A stretch of 64,000 bases of DNA from Patescibacteria group bacterium (GCA_030272735.1 JARXKL010000001.1:75571-139570), one strand, 5' to 3'. Positions 37,191 to 47,470 are shown, numbered from the stretch's first letter. The notes: generated by a model not told the origin, from the letters alone. A program made the numbers and translations.

Positions 37191-38396
37191 ATGAAAATAC
37201 TGATGCTAGGGTGGGAACTGCCACCTCATAACAGCGGTGGACTGGGAACAGCATGTTTGCAGCTCTGTAGAGCCCTCTCGAGACAAGATATCGATCTTGA
37301 ATTCGTTCTTCCCTACGACGCCGATCATGGCATCGACTTTATGAAAGTAACTCCAGCCCAACCACAAGGCGTGGCATCTGTTATACGATCCGGAATAGCT
37401 TATGACAGTTACAAATACGTTAATGAAGATGGTTCCGAAGAGTGGCTCAATATTTATGATCAAGTTGCCCTTTATGAAGAGTCGGTTGCAGTTTTAGTTG
37501 AAGAAAAAGAGTTTGATATTGTTCATGCACATGATTGGCTCACCTTCCGAGCGGCATTACGTGTCAAAGCACTTAAGAACTGTCCGATCATCTTGCATGT
37601 ACACTCAATCGAGGCCGACCGCGCCGGTAGCAGCTTCGGTAACCCCTTGGTGCACGAAATTGAAGCTACGTCATTTGCCCTTGCCGATCGTATTATTGCT
37701 GTTAGCCAGCACACTAAAAATTGCATTATGCGTGAGTACGGTGTGCCGGGAGATAAAATTGAAGTTATTCATAACAGCATCGAGGGAGGCGACATTGCTC
37801 CGTTGAGCGACGAAAATGCTTACAAATATCTCGAAGTAATGCGAACCCTAGGTTATCGAGTAGTCGTGAACATAGGGCGCCTAACGATTCAAAAGGGTTT
37901 AACGAATCTGTTGTTGTCGGCTAAAGAAGTCATTGAACGTGCACCGAAAACGCTCTTCTTAATTGTTGGCAGCGGTGATCAGTACTATGAACTGCTGACT
38001 CTCGCAGCTAGCCTAGGAATAGGCGATAAAGTGTTATTTACAGATTTCCAGCGTGGCAAGAACTTACGCGATGCCTACAAAGTGGCTGATCTGTTTGTGA
38101 TGCCTTCTGTATCTGAACCATTTGGTTTAACGCCGCTTGAGGCTATAAGTTTTGGGACACCGAGCCTCGTCAGCAAACAGTCTGGCGTCAGCGAAGTGCT
38201 CAGAAACAGCCTCAAAGTGGACTATTGGGATATCGATGAAATGACAAACCAAATTGTTAGCGTCGTACTAAGTGACTCTCTCAGAGACGAACTTATGCGA
38301 AATTGCGCCCTGGAATACAACAAATTGTCGTGGCATGATGCCAGCACTAAAGTAACCCAGATTTACCGCGATCACCACGTTGGAGCTAGATCATGA
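37191..38396 (+). CDS. GT4 alpha-glucan (glycogen) synthase-like glycosyltransferase
   Basis: GWELPPHNSGGLG, HAHDWLT and SEPFGL; clustered with GH57 and GH15. Confidence 0.88.
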   Translation: MKILMLGWELPPHNSGGLGTACLQLCRALSRQDIDLEFVLPYDADHGIDFMKVTPAQPQGVASVIRSGIAYDSYKYVNEDGSEEWLNIYDQVALYEESVAVLVEEKEFDIVHAHDWLTFRAALRVKALKNCPIILHVHSIEADRAGSSFGNPLVHEIEATSFALADRIIAVSQHTKNCIMREYGVPGDKIEVIHNSIEGGDIAPLSDENAYKYLEVMRTLGYRVVVNIGRLTIQKGLTNLLLSAKEVIERAPKTLFLIVGSGDQYYELLTLAASLGIGDKVLFTDFQRGKNLRDAYKVADLFVMPSVSEPFGLTPLEAISFGTPSLVSKQSGVSEVLRNSLKVDYWDIDEMTNQIVSVVLSDSLRDELMRNCALEYNKLSWHDASTKVTQIYRDHHVGARS

Positions 38397-39607
38397 CCGA
38401 CACGAAAGCAATCGTCCTCTATCTGCATGTGCACCAACCATACCGCATCCGACATTACACCGTATACGACACAGCGCACAATCATAACTACTTCGAGGCA
38501 CCATACGAAGACCGGCGTAGCAACGAGCGCATACTTCATAAGGTTGCCGAGAAGTCTTATTTAGCGACCAATACCCGCCTGATGGCTATGTTAGCCGAAA
38601 ACCCCGGTTTTAAGCTGAGTATTTCTATTACAGGTACCATCATTGAACAGTTAGAACGCTGGTCTCCACAGGCGCTTAAGTCCTTCCAAGATCTATTTAA
38701 CACGGGTCGCGTGGAGATTGTTGCTGAAACCTACCATCACAGCCTGGCGTTCTTTTATTCTCGTGCAGAATTTGAGATGCAAGTGGAGATGCACAAGAAA
38801 AAAGTGCAAGAAGTTTTTGGTCAGACGCCGCGCGTTTTCCGCAATACCGAACTTTCATACAATAATGATCTTGCTGTATGGGCCGACCGCGCTGGCTACA
38901 AAGGCATTTTGACGGAGGGATGGGATCCAATTTTAGACTGGCGAACATCTAATTTTGTCTATCGTCCTACTTATACTAATCAAATTCGACTTCTCATGAA
39001 AAACTATAAGCTGAGTGATGACATTGCCTTCCGATTTGGAAATCATGATTGGGCTGAATTCCCTCTTACTGCCGATAAATTCTCGCACTGGTTATCTGAA
39101 GATGAAAACGCCACAAACTTTAATTTGTTTATGGACTATGAGACATTCGGCGAACATAATTGGCATGAATCGGGCATATTCGGGTTCCTTGAACACTTAC
39201 CCAAAGAATGGCTCAAAACAGATGGTCACAGCTTTATGACGGTATCGGAAGTAATCGATACTTTTGAGCCTGTTGACGTTATAGATGTTCCTCAAACGAT
39301 TACTTGGGCAGATACTGAGCGTGACTTAAGTGCTTGGCTCGGCAACCCAATGCAGAGCACCTCTATTCAGCAATTGTATGATTTACAAGATAGAGTTATT
39401 AGCACTAAAGACTTAGCGCTCATTGAAGATTGGCGTCGCTTACAAACATCCGATCATTTCTACTACATGTGCACGAAGTATTTCAACGACGGTGACATTC
39501 ATGCGTACTTTAGTCCTTACGAAACGCCATACGAGGCATACATTAACTTTATGAATGCTTACCGCGATATAATTTACCGATTGACGGAGCACGGAGTCAT
39601 GACATGA
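38393..39607 (+). CDS. GH57 alpha-amylase
   Basis: HVHQP, ETYHHSL, FRNTEL, DYETFGEH and SDHFYYM motifs. Confidence 0.93.
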   Translation: MTDTKAIVLYLHVHQPYRIRHYTVYDTAHNHNYFEAPYEDRRSNERILHKVAEKSYLATNTRLMAMLAENPGFKLSISITGTIIEQLERWSPQALKSFQDLFNTGRVEIVAETYHHSLAFFYSRAEFEMQVEMHKKKVQEVFGQTPRVFRNTELSYNNDLAVWADRAGYKGILTEGWDPILDWRTSNFVYRPTYTNQIRLLMKNYKLSDDIAFRFGNHDWAEFPLTADKFSHWLSEDENATNFNLFMDYETFGEHNWHESGIFGFLEHLPKEWLKTDGHSFMTVSEVIDTFEPVDVIDVPQTITWADTERDLSAWLGNPMQSTSIQQLYDLQDRVISTKDLALIEDWRRLQTSDHFYYMCTKYFNDGDIHAYFSPYETPYEAYINFMNAYRDIIYRLTEHGVMT

Positions 39608-39623
39608 AAACAAGGGGGGCATA

Positions 39624-41543
39624 ATGGGGCGACCAGTAGTATTGAGTAATGGGCAGCTTTTTGTTGGGCTCGATGAAAGCGGTTTAGTTCATGACTTTTA
39701 CTACCCGTATGTCGGCCTTGAAAACCTGACCAATGCACGTAGCAGTCAGCATAAGATAGGCGTATGGGTTAATAATCGGTTTTCATGGACTGATGACGGT
39801 TCATGGAAAATCCATGTTGATTTTGAAGATGATGCGCTTATTAGTAACATCAGTATGCGCTCTGAATCGCTTCAGATAACTTTGCAGCTACGCGATTTCA
39901 TAGATAGTGACAACAATTCGTTTATCCGTAATATAACTATTTCAAATGAATCTGACTCTAACCGCGATATTCGCTTGTTTATGCACCAAGTCTTTCAGAT
40001 ATCCCGCGCCGGGCGTGCCGATACCGCTATTTATGTGCCCGATGAACATTATTTACTCGATTACAAAGGTAGATTCTGTCTCCTCATAGCGGGCCAGTTC
40101 GAAGATGATACTAATTTTGATCAATACGCTGTAGGTAATTATGCTATCGAAGGTAAAGCTGGCACCTACCTCGATGCGCTTGACGGTGAATTATCAGGAA
40201 ATGCCGTAGAACATGGCGGAGTAGACAGTGTTCTGCGCTTCCAAAAAGAAGTACCTGCTGGTGAGTCCGTTGCCCTCGACTATTGGATAGTGGCTGGTAG
40301 TACCCAAAATGACGTAGAAGCAGTCCATGTACAGTACAAGCGACAAGCAATGGCCGACCGTGTGCGTCACGTTCGCCAAAATTGGCAGGAGTGGATTGGT
40401 GGAGGAGATGTCGAGTTGCCTGATTTCCATAAGCGAAGCCTGCAGCACAGCATGATGATAATTAAAGCCCATTGTGATGACCGTGGCTCGGTACTCGCTA
40501 GCGGTGATTCAAGCATATTTAACTATGGTCGCGATTATTACTGCTACTGCTGGCCTCGAGATGCAGCTTATGCCCTTTGGCCTCTGATACGCCTCGGTCA
40601 TCTAGACGAAGCCCGACAATCACTTGAGTTCTTCCGCGATACCATGCACCCTGATGGGTATTTGATGCATAAATACCAACCAGACCGTGCCATTGGCAGC
40701 ACCTGGCACCCGCTCGTCCACGGACACCGCAAAGAGTTAGCCATACAAGAAGATGAAACAGCTAGCATTCTGTTTATGATCGGTGAATTATATGAGGCGT
40801 CAGAAGACATAGCATTGGTTGAGAGTATGTATGCCAGTTTCATTCAGCCTTGCGCCAATTTTATGACTAAGTTTATAGATAAGGAAACTGGTTTACCGCA
40901 TGCCACCTATGATTTGTGGGAAGAAAAGTTCTTAACCACTACCTATACGGTTTGCACGGTGATTGCTGGTCTTATGACGGCTTCTAAGCTCGCTAAAGTT
41001 CTAGAACGAGCGCATGACGCTATCACCTGGCAACAAGCCGCAGAGGGCATTAAAGCCAACCTGAATAAGCTCTATCATCCCGACGGGTACTTTAGGAAAG
41101 GCTTTTTACTACACGAGGATGGTTCGATAGACTACGATGACACTATGGACATTTCTAGCTTATACGGACCCTTTATGTATGCTGGCTTAGCAATGGATGA
41201 CGAACGTCTTATAAGCACAGCTAAGCATGTCGAAGAAAGAATTTTGAATACTTCACCTGCGGGCGGGGTTATTCGCTACGAAAACGATAATTACTTCCTG
41301 ACAAAGCGTGAATACAAAGGTAATCCGTGGATAGTAAGTACGTTATGGCTTGCGCAGTACTACGCAACTGCCGGTCAGACGGAGAAAGCACAAGAGTTGC
41401 TGGAATGGGCATTAGCCCGAGAACTACCAAGTGGTGTGCTTAGCGAACAGTTTGATCCTGCAGATGGTTCGCCATTAGGTGTCACTCCTCTGGTATGGAG
41501 CCACGCAGAACTCGTAAATACCATTCTAGACCTCAGCAAGTAG
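39624..41543 (+). CDS. GH15 glucoamylase
   Basis: YCWPRDAA, QEDET, DLWEE and LSEQ..PLVWSHA motifs. Confidence 0.93.
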   Translation: MGRPVVLSNGQLFVGLDESGLVHDFYYPYVGLENLTNARSSQHKIGVWVNNRFSWTDDGSWKIHVDFEDDALISNISMRSESLQITLQLRDFIDSDNNSFIRNITISNESDSNRDIRLFMHQVFQISRAGRADTAIYVPDEHYLLDYKGRFCLLIAGQFEDDTNFDQYAVGNYAIEGKAGTYLDALDGELSGNAVEHGGVDSVLRFQKEVPAGESVALDYWIVAGSTQNDVEAVHVQYKRQAMADRVRHVRQNWQEWIGGGDVELPDFHKRSLQHSMMIIKAHCDDRGSVLASGDSSIFNYGRDYYCYCWPRDAAYALWPLIRLGHLDEARQSLEFFRDTMHPDGYLMHKYQPDRAIGSTWHPLVHGHRKELAIQEDETASILFMIGELYEASEDIALVESMYASFIQPCANFMTKFIDKETGLPHATYDLWEEKFLTTTYTVCTVIAGLMTASKLAKVLERAHDAITWQQAAEGIKANLNKLYHPDGYFRKGFLLHEDGSIDYDDTMDISSLYGPFMYAGLAMDDERLISTAKHVEERILNTSPAGGVIRYENDNYFLTKREYKGNPWIVSTLWLAQYYATAGQTEKAQELLEWALARELPSGVLSEQFDPADGSPLGVTPLVWSHAELVNTILDLSK

Positions 41544-41553
41544 CATATAAATT

Positions 41554-41582
41554 AACACCTCGCTATCCTGCGAGGTGTTTTT
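41554..41582 (+). terminator. Terminator between convergent GH15 and rpmG
   Basis: AACACCTCGC...GCGAGGTGTT followed by T-run. Confidence 0.8.
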
Positions 41583-41599
41583 GATAAGGCTAAAGCTGC

Positions 41600-41800
41600 T
41601 TATCGCTTTGGCGCTTCGTTTCGGCCGAGGTTCTTTTTGGTTTCAGTAAAAAGAACGTGCTTACGAAGTTTAGGACTGTACTTTTTAAGTTCTAGCTTGT
41701 CAGGAGTGTTCATAGTGTTCTTAGTAGTGTAATAGAGACGCTCACCGCTCTCCTCAGAGATCATACCAATGATTTTGCGCTTATCGCCTTTTTTAGCCAT
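41600..41800 (-). CDS. rpmG: 50S ribosomal protein L33 (Zn-free type)
   Basis: [26 protein letters not shown]. Confidence 0.95.
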   Translation of the reverse strand: MAKKGDKRKIIGMISEESGERLYYTTKNTMNTPDKLELKKYSPKLRKHVLFTETKKNLGRNEAPKR

Positions 41801-41874
41801 ATAATTAGAACCTTTATAAACTTAGTTGTATGTATACTAACAGATACAGAGTCGGTTGTAAATGCTTAGCTTCA

Positions 41875-41976
41875 AAACAAAAATACCGACTGATCAGGTC
41901 GGTATTGCTGTTTTTACTTCGTGCACGTGTAAAAATTGTTTGTAAAGTGTAATTCTTTTGGTTTTACTTCTTTACT
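41875..41976 (-). ncRNA. Candidate ~100-nt small RNA
   Basis: TTGACA(42011-42006)-17-TACCAT promoter, two hairpins, AATACCGAC/GTCGGTATT terminator; no ATG ORF. Confidence 0.5.
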
Positions 41977-42032
41977 ACGCTTATGGTAATCCTACAAATA
42001 TGTTTTGTCAACAGTTTTTTATTATTGCAATT

Positions 42033-42107
42033 TGGAGCCACCTGTCGGTTTCGAACCGACGACCTGCTGTTTACAAAACAGCTGCTCTACCGCTGAGCTA
42101 AGGTGGC
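42033..42107 (-). tRNA. tRNA-Thr(TGT)
   Basis: Cloverleaf, GCTGT-TTTGTAA-ACAGC anticodon arm, encoded CCA. Confidence 0.96.
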
Positions 42108-42296
42108 ATATGTGACTGAGTCTACTCGATAGATTCTAGCAGTTTGGGGCTTTCAACTCAAGCGTCAGATCTATCTTCGTCATCTTATGAGACTTCAACA
42201 TCACGTTTATTTGAAGTTGCATATAAATCACTTATTACTTCTGAGGCCTAATACTTTAATAAACCTACGAAATTTGCTATGATGGGCCAGTTACCT

Positions 42297-42371
42297 GCCA
42301 CCTTAGCTCAGGGGTAGAGCGCATCCATGGTAAGGATGAGGTCGTGGGTTCAAATCCCACAGGTGGCTCCA
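42297..42371 (+). tRNA. tRNA-Thr(GGT)
   Basis: CATCC-ATGGTAA-GGATG anticodon arm, encoded CCA. Confidence 0.96.
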
Positions 42372-42378
42372 AACATTT

Positions 42379-42463
42379 GCAGGGTTAGTGAAGCGGTCAA
42401 ACACAGCAGACTGTAAATCTGCCCTCTACGAGTTCGGAGGTTCGAATCCTCCACCCTGCACCA
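42379..42463 (+). tRNA. tRNA-Tyr(GTA)
   Basis: GCAGA-CTGTAAA-TCTGC anticodon arm, long variable arm, encoded CCA. Confidence 0.96.
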
Positions 42464-42470
42464 ATATAAG

Positions 42471-42492
42471 AACCGGCATAATGCCGGTTTTT
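42471..42492 (+). terminator. Terminator after tRNA-Tyr
   Basis: AACCGGCAT-A-ATGCCGGTT followed by T-run. Confidence 0.8.
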
Positions 42493-42526
42493 GTATATCT
42501 TTGATCTTGAACTATACTGAAAGTTA

Positions 42527-43957
42527 ATGGCCGGAGAAGCACGAGAAAAATGCGCAGTTGGGGGTATTATTTCTCGTGATGAAGAAGTAGAAGCTTCTGC
42601 ACTAATGTATGAGAGTTTGTTCTCTATGCAGCATCGCGGTGCTGAGGCGAGCGGCATAGCGAGTCAGTTAGATAACGGTAATATGGAGTCTAAACGGGAC
42701 CTCGGCCTCGTTCGAGATGTTTATCGCCCTGAAGATATACGCCGTCTTGCGGGCACAACAGCTATCGGACATAATCGTTATTCCACATCCGGAAATAAGT
42801 TTAAACACATGCAGCCATATGAGGACATGCCGCTTGGTCTTGCTTTTAGCCACAATGGTAATTTACCTGTTACTCAACAACTAGAAACGCATTTAGCTCA
42901 CCACAATATTCGCGTACAGCACTTTAATGACTCGGAAATGATGGGTCTGGCAATTGGAAAATATATCAGCGATGGTCGATCCCTCCCGGATGCAATTGAA
43001 TTATCATACCCACTCTTTAGAGGGGCCTTTTCATGTGTAGCTATGCAAGATGGAGTTATAGCTGCTTTCAGAGACAGTAAAGGAATTCGGCCGTTGGCTA
43101 TAGGTTCATTTGAAAATGGCTACGCTGTAACATCAGAGACCTGCGGTTTAGATATTATTGATGCTAAATACGAGAGAGAGGTTATGCCCGGTGAGCTCGT
43201 TATCATTACTAAAGATGGTATTGAGTCGCGGCAACTTGCAGAAGGTGAATCCAAGTTAGATATATTTGAATTCGTATATTTTGCTAGACATGATAGTTAT
43301 TTATACGGGCAACGCGTTAATGAAGTGCGACGCAGATTTGGCGAACAACTTGCGATAAGCCACCCTGCGCGCCCAGATAATGGCGATAACATTCTTGTAG
43401 TTCCTGTCCCAGACACTTCTGTACCAGTGGCAGAAGGTTACGCTGATTCATTAGGGCTTAGGCATGGACAATCAATTATTAAAAACCGCTACATAGGCCG
43501 TACATTCATGCAACCGTCGCAACAAGCTAGAAGACAGCAGCTCCGTCGGAAACACACTATGATAAGTGAGGCGGTAGAAGGCAAAGATTTAATACTGATT
43601 GATGACTCAATTGTCCGCCTAAACACAATTCCAGGTATTGTTGAGCAAGCACGAGAATGTAACGCTCGATCAATTACTGTACTCATTTCGTCACCACCAG
43701 TACGATATCCGGATTTTTATGGCATTGATACACCAGATCAAAGCGAATTAGCAGCAGCTCATCTTACGGTTGAGCAAATGCGAGACAAAGTTGATTGTGA
43801 TTACTTAGGCTTTTTATCGATTAGCGGGATGGTAGAAGCGACTCATATGCCTTACGACGCATTTAGTTTATCCTGTTTTAACGGAGAATATCCTGTAGGT
43901 ATAGGTAAGCGAAAAGACGGGCTCATAAAGCCTGTAAGCAACGAGTACACTGATTAG
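42527..43957 (+). CDS. purF: Amidophosphoribosyltransferase (divergent)
   Basis: Propeptide then Cys1; QHRG, GHNRYST, HNGNL, KNRYIGRTF, DDSIVR, FYGID. Confidence 0.93.
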   Translation: MAGEAREKCAVGGIISRDEEVEASALMYESLFSMQHRGAEASGIASQLDNGNMESKRDLGLVRDVYRPEDIRRLAGTTAIGHNRYSTSGNKFKHMQPYEDMPLGLAFSHNGNLPVTQQLETHLAHHNIRVQHFNDSEMMGLAIGKYISDGRSLPDAIELSYPLFRGAFSCVAMQDGVIAAFRDSKGIRPLAIGSFENGYAVTSETCGLDIIDAKYEREVMPGELVIITKDGIESRQLAEGESKLDIFEFVYFARHDSYLYGQRVNEVRRRFGEQLAISHPARPDNGDNILVVPVPDTSVPVAEGYADSLGLRHGQSIIKNRYIGRTFMQPSQQARRQQLRRKHTMISEAVEGKDLILIDDSIVRLNTIPGIVEQARECNARSITVLISSPPVRYPDFYGIDTPDQSELAAAHLTVEQMRDKVDCDYLGFLSISGMVEATHMPYDAFSLSCFNGEYPVGIGKRKDGLIKPVSNEYTD

Positions 43958-44611
43958 TTATACGACAACGCGACGTGGCCGAAGTATGCGCTTTGCCCGC
44001 CCGTGGGGTACAATCATCTTCTTAAGTTTGTCTGCTATGAGGTCCGCTTCAGCCTCCATTCCATGGGTTTTGTAAGCTTTATGCAGTAGTGTATAGGTTT
44101 CTTTATTCGGCTCTAGCTCTGAAGCTTTTTCGAGTTCAATAAACATCATCTTGTCATTACCGAGTTTTTCTTGGACTTTAGCGTAGGCAACGTGACGAGC
44201 GGCAAGATTATCTTCGAGTTTCAAAGCTTGCTCAAAGGCAATTGCTGCTTTTTCGTAGTTTTCGGTTTCATAATATATGAGCCCTAGATTGTGGAGGCTT
44301 GATGCAGTAGCTTCAATGCTTGAGGCGATTTCGAAACAATCAATGGCATCTCGGTATTCCTTTTGTTTCGCATACAATATGCCTAAACGGTTGTAAGCTG
44401 CGGCATTCTTTTCATCAATTTTGAGTATTGTTAGTAATGCTTTTTCGGCACGTAAAAAACGATTTTCACGCATCCCCTGATGAGCGATGTCCCATAATTT
44501 ACCCATTTTATCGCCGACTTTTCGGCTGACATTAGCAAACTCGTCGTCGTGCACTTTTGCATTGTGGTAAGCCAAGCCGCCAAAAGCAGCTACAATGAGT
44601 AACTCATACAT
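43958..44611 (-). CDS. Membrane-anchored TPR protein
   Basis: N-terminal TM helix; AYNRLGILY and LHNLGLIYY TPR repeats. Confidence 0.85.
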   Translation of the reverse strand: MYELLIVAAFGGLAYHNAKVHDDEFANVSRKVGDKMGKLWDIAHQGMRENRFLRAEKALLTILKIDEKNAAAYNRLGILYAKQKEYRDAIDCFEIASSIEATASSLHNLGLIYYETENYEKAAIAFEQALKLEDNLAARHVAYAKVQEKLGNDKMMFIELEKASELEPNKETYTLLHKAYKTHGMEAEADLIADKLKKMIVPHGRAKRILRPRRVVV

Positions 44612-44636
44612 GCCTTCAAGTATAACAGACACGCTG

Positions 44637-45488
44637 TTACAGACTAAGCATGAGCTTGGTGAGCGTCAATTTGGGCTGGGCACTCACGGCCAATTCAGTT
44701 GTAGCTTCAAAGCTTGCTGCCAGTACCTGACGCCACTGCTTCGCAGTCTCCTCGCCTGCAGATAGTAAACTCACATGCGCCATTTGCTGCATCATGAAAA
44801 GTACGTTACTAACTAACTCTTTATTCTTAGACAGCTCATCTATGTTGATCAGACGCTCATATGTTGATTTGCCGAGCAGCAATCTCGCCTTATCTAGTGC
44901 CGTCACAAGAGGATGGTCAGAATTTGTTAGAATAGCATGCATAAGACCAGGCAGCCCACCGGTCATCCCATAAGCTCGCTTTATTGCAAACGCTTCAAAG
45001 CCCTGCAGTTCAAAATGGCTCGTTAATTCTCCTAGAGAGGGACTGAGCAGATGTATCTGTTGTACACGGGATATAATAGTTGGCAGTAAGCTCTGAGGCT
45101 GGTTAGCGGTAAGTATAAGGATGGTGTCAGTTGGGGGCTCTTCGAGAGTCTTTAGCAGTGCATTTTGAGCTTCTGTTGTTAGCAGGCTGCCGTTTTCGAT
45201 AATGATTGCCCTATTTATTCCTCTGGAGAATGGAACTTTGAGGCGCAAGAACTTATCAATTTCTCGCACGGACTCGATACCAATTGAAGCGCCCTTGCCT
45301 GCTGTAATATACATAACGTTAGGATTAGTCTTAAACGAAGTTTCGACTTTCATCACCGATTGTACAAGTAGCTTAGCAAAGGCTGACTTACCGCCCCCAG
45401 CAGGTCCGCTCAAGAGGACCGCGTGGGAAGGGTTGGCTATAAAGTGATCCAGCTGCTGCCGAGTTTTGGGATGTATTACCAGCTGCAT
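44637..45488 (-). CDS. holB: DNA polymerase III delta-prime
   Basis: HAVLLSGPAGGGKS, AQNALLKTLEEPP and LLPTIISR motifs. Confidence 0.88.
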   Translation of the reverse strand: MQLVIHPKTRQQLDHFIANPSHAVLLSGPAGGGKSAFAKLLVQSVMKVETSFKTNPNVMYITAGKGASIGIESVREIDKFLRLKVPFSRGINRAIIIENGSLLTTEAQNALLKTLEEPPTDTILILTANQPQSLLPTIISRVQQIHLLSPSLGELTSHFELQGFEAFAIKRAYGMTGGLPGLMHAILTNSDHPLVTALDKARLLLGKSTYERLINIDELSKNKELVSNVLFMMQQMAHVSLLSAGEETAKQWRQVLAASFEATTELAVSAQPKLTLTKLMLSL

Positions 45489-45489
45489 A

Positions 45490-46422
45490 CTATTTGCTCA
45501 GTAATTCTTTAAATGCGGTTGGTAACGGAGCTTCGAAAGTTACCCTCTTTCGACTAGGCAACGTGAGCTCAAGACTTTTGGCATGCAAGTACAGCCGAGG
45601 TGCTTTAGTGCCATTATAGAGCGTGTCGCCGACGATAGGGTGGCCTATTTCGTGGAGGTGAACACGTAACTGGTGGGTGCGACCTGTAGAGGGCTTCAAT
45701 TCAAGCAGCGATAGCGCGTCGCTAGTATCAAGCACCTGATATTGCGTAACTGCCGACTTACCATTGCTGCCTACTCTAAATGTTTGCGGCTTTTTGGGAT
45801 TGCGCTCTACTGGCATATCAATTATAGCTTCACCGTTTTGCATTCTTCCTGTAACAACAGCGATATATGACTTTTTTACTTTGCGCTGAGAGAACTGTTT
45901 TTGCAGCCAGCTTAAAGCTACTGGATTTTTAGCACAAATCATAACACCACTTGTTGCTCTGTCGAGGCGATGCACTATGCCTAAGCGATCATTAGACGGA
46001 ACATAAATATTAGGATTCAAAGCCGTTTCATGTGCATCGGACTGTGGCAGAAGTTTGGCAGGCTCGAAAGTATCGATATCCAGTCTAGGTCGTAACCATG
46101 TAGCCACAGTAGCCTCAGGATTAAACGCGCCTTTACTATGTGTCAGCATGCCAATCGGCTTAATAATGACAACACAGTCATCGTCTTCGTATACTATTGG
46201 CAGTTCGACTTCTGGAATGACAATTGTATGGAGCTCATCGAAATGAATTTCTACTACGTCTGCTGTACGTAATTTATAGCCGGATTTGCGCTGCGGATCA
46301 CCGCTTACTGTAACATGACCTTCTTCGATAAGTTTTGATGCAAAGGCGCGACTTACTGATGGCATTTGTCGCACTACATATTGATCAAGGCGCTCGATAA
46401 GCGGTGCAACTGACTCATCCAT
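45490..46422 (-). CDS. RluA/RluD-family pseudouridine synthase
   Basis: S4 domain, HRLDRATSG and TGRTHQLRVH motifs. Confidence 0.95.
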   Translation of the reverse strand: MDESVAPLIERLDQYVVRQMPSVSRAFASKLIEEGHVTVSGDPQRKSGYKLRTADVVEIHFDELHTIVIPEVELPIVYEDDDCVVIIKPIGMLTHSKGAFNPEATVATWLRPRLDIDTFEPAKLLPQSDAHETALNPNIYVPSNDRLGIVHRLDRATSGVMICAKNPVALSWLQKQFSQRKVKKSYIAVVTGRMQNGEAIIDMPVERNPKKPQTFRVGSNGKSAVTQYQVLDTSDALSLLELKPSTGRTHQLRVHLHEIGHPIVGDTLYNGTKAPRLYLHAKSLELTLPSRKRVTFEAPLPTAFKELLSK

Positions 46423-46423
46423 G

Positions 46424-47470
46424 TTACGGACGCAGCCCGACTGCTCGTTGCACTCGCAGCAGTGTATTTTGCGCTTGTACAGCCATTGCAGCCTCTGAAT
46501 CTGCAAGTTTATGCATAATAGCAGTATCGTCCACCGCTGCTAACTTAGTTTGGAAAGACGTCAAGAATTCAGTTACAACTGTAGTGACAGCTGTTTTAAG
46601 CGGGCCGTACTGTTCTTGTCCCTGGTATTCGGAGACTACATCGTGCACATCCTTCGCCTGCAAAAAGGCCATAAGCTCGAGCAGTGTTGCTATGCCGGGT
46701 TGCTCAACTTTATTGTATGCGATTGAACCAAGACTATCTGTGGTTGCTGACATGATCTTTTTGCTGGCTACGTCAGGACTATCCGTCAGGAATAGCACAC
46801 CTTTACCGCTTTCATCCGATTTACTCATTTTCTTGCCTGGGTCGCTTAAGTCTTTAACGCGTAAACCTTGGTCTTTGCCAAAGAATTCGTGTTGCGCTGT
46901 AACAGCTTCCGGCACTATGAATACATCACCGAAGCGGTTGTTCATGCGCTGTGCAATGTCACGAGTAAACTCTAGATGTTGCGATTGGTCATCGCCAACC
47001 GGAATATATTTTGCGCCATACAATAATATATCTGCTGCCATCAGGACGGGATAATTGAACAGTCCCACTGATGTCGAAGTTGATTCTTCAGTAAAGCTTG
47101 AGCTCTTCGACTTGTCTTTAAACTGCGTCATGCGTGACATTTCACCATATCCGGTGAAACAATCTAGTATCCAGGTAAGTTCGCTGTGTGCCGGTATGTA
47201 GCTTTGGCGGTAAATATGCACATTTGGATCTGATAGGGGTAAGCCGGCTGCTACAAATACGCGCAGGTTCTGCATGATGCTTTCCTGCAATGTCGCGTGG
47301 TTGATACGAGTGGTAAAGCTATGTAAATCGGGAACAAACAGATTGATCTGATACTCGTCAGCTCGCTGGTTAGCCATGTCGATAATTGGCAATAATCCAC
47401 CTAAATAGTTACCTATATGTAGATCGTTATTTGCGCGGAGGCCGGTCAATATTACAGGTTTTTGGTTCAT
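46424..47470 (-). CDS. trpS: Tryptophan--tRNA ligase
   Basis: HIGNYLG, YPVLMAADIL, PVGDDQ and KMSKS motifs. Confidence 0.97.
   Translation of the reverse strand: MNQKPVILTGLRANNDLHIGNYLGGLLPIIDMANQRADEYQINLFVPDLHSFTTRINHATLQESIMQNLRVFVAAGLPLSDPNVHIYRQSYIPAHSELTWILDCFTGYGEMSRMTQFKDKSKSSSFTEESTSTSVGLFNYPVLMAADILLYGAKYIPVGDDQSQHLEFTRDIAQRMNNRFGDVFIVPEAVTAQHEFFGKDQGLRVKDLSDPGKKMSKSDESGKGVLFLTDSPDVASKKIMSATTDSLGSIAYNKVEQPGIATLLELMAFLQAKDVHDVVSEYQGQEQYGPLKTAVTTVVTEFLTSFQTKLAAVDDTAIMHKLADSEAAMAVQAQNTLLRVQRAVGLRP

Noticed and set aside
41890..41910. TCAGGTC as possible SRP RNA
   Set aside because: Lacks the GGAA tetraloop and AGCAG motif; it is part of a terminator stem
42033..42371. Inverted repeats suggesting an invertible switch
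   Set aside because: They are two divergent tRNA-Thr genes with shared acceptor and D arms; no recombinase nearby
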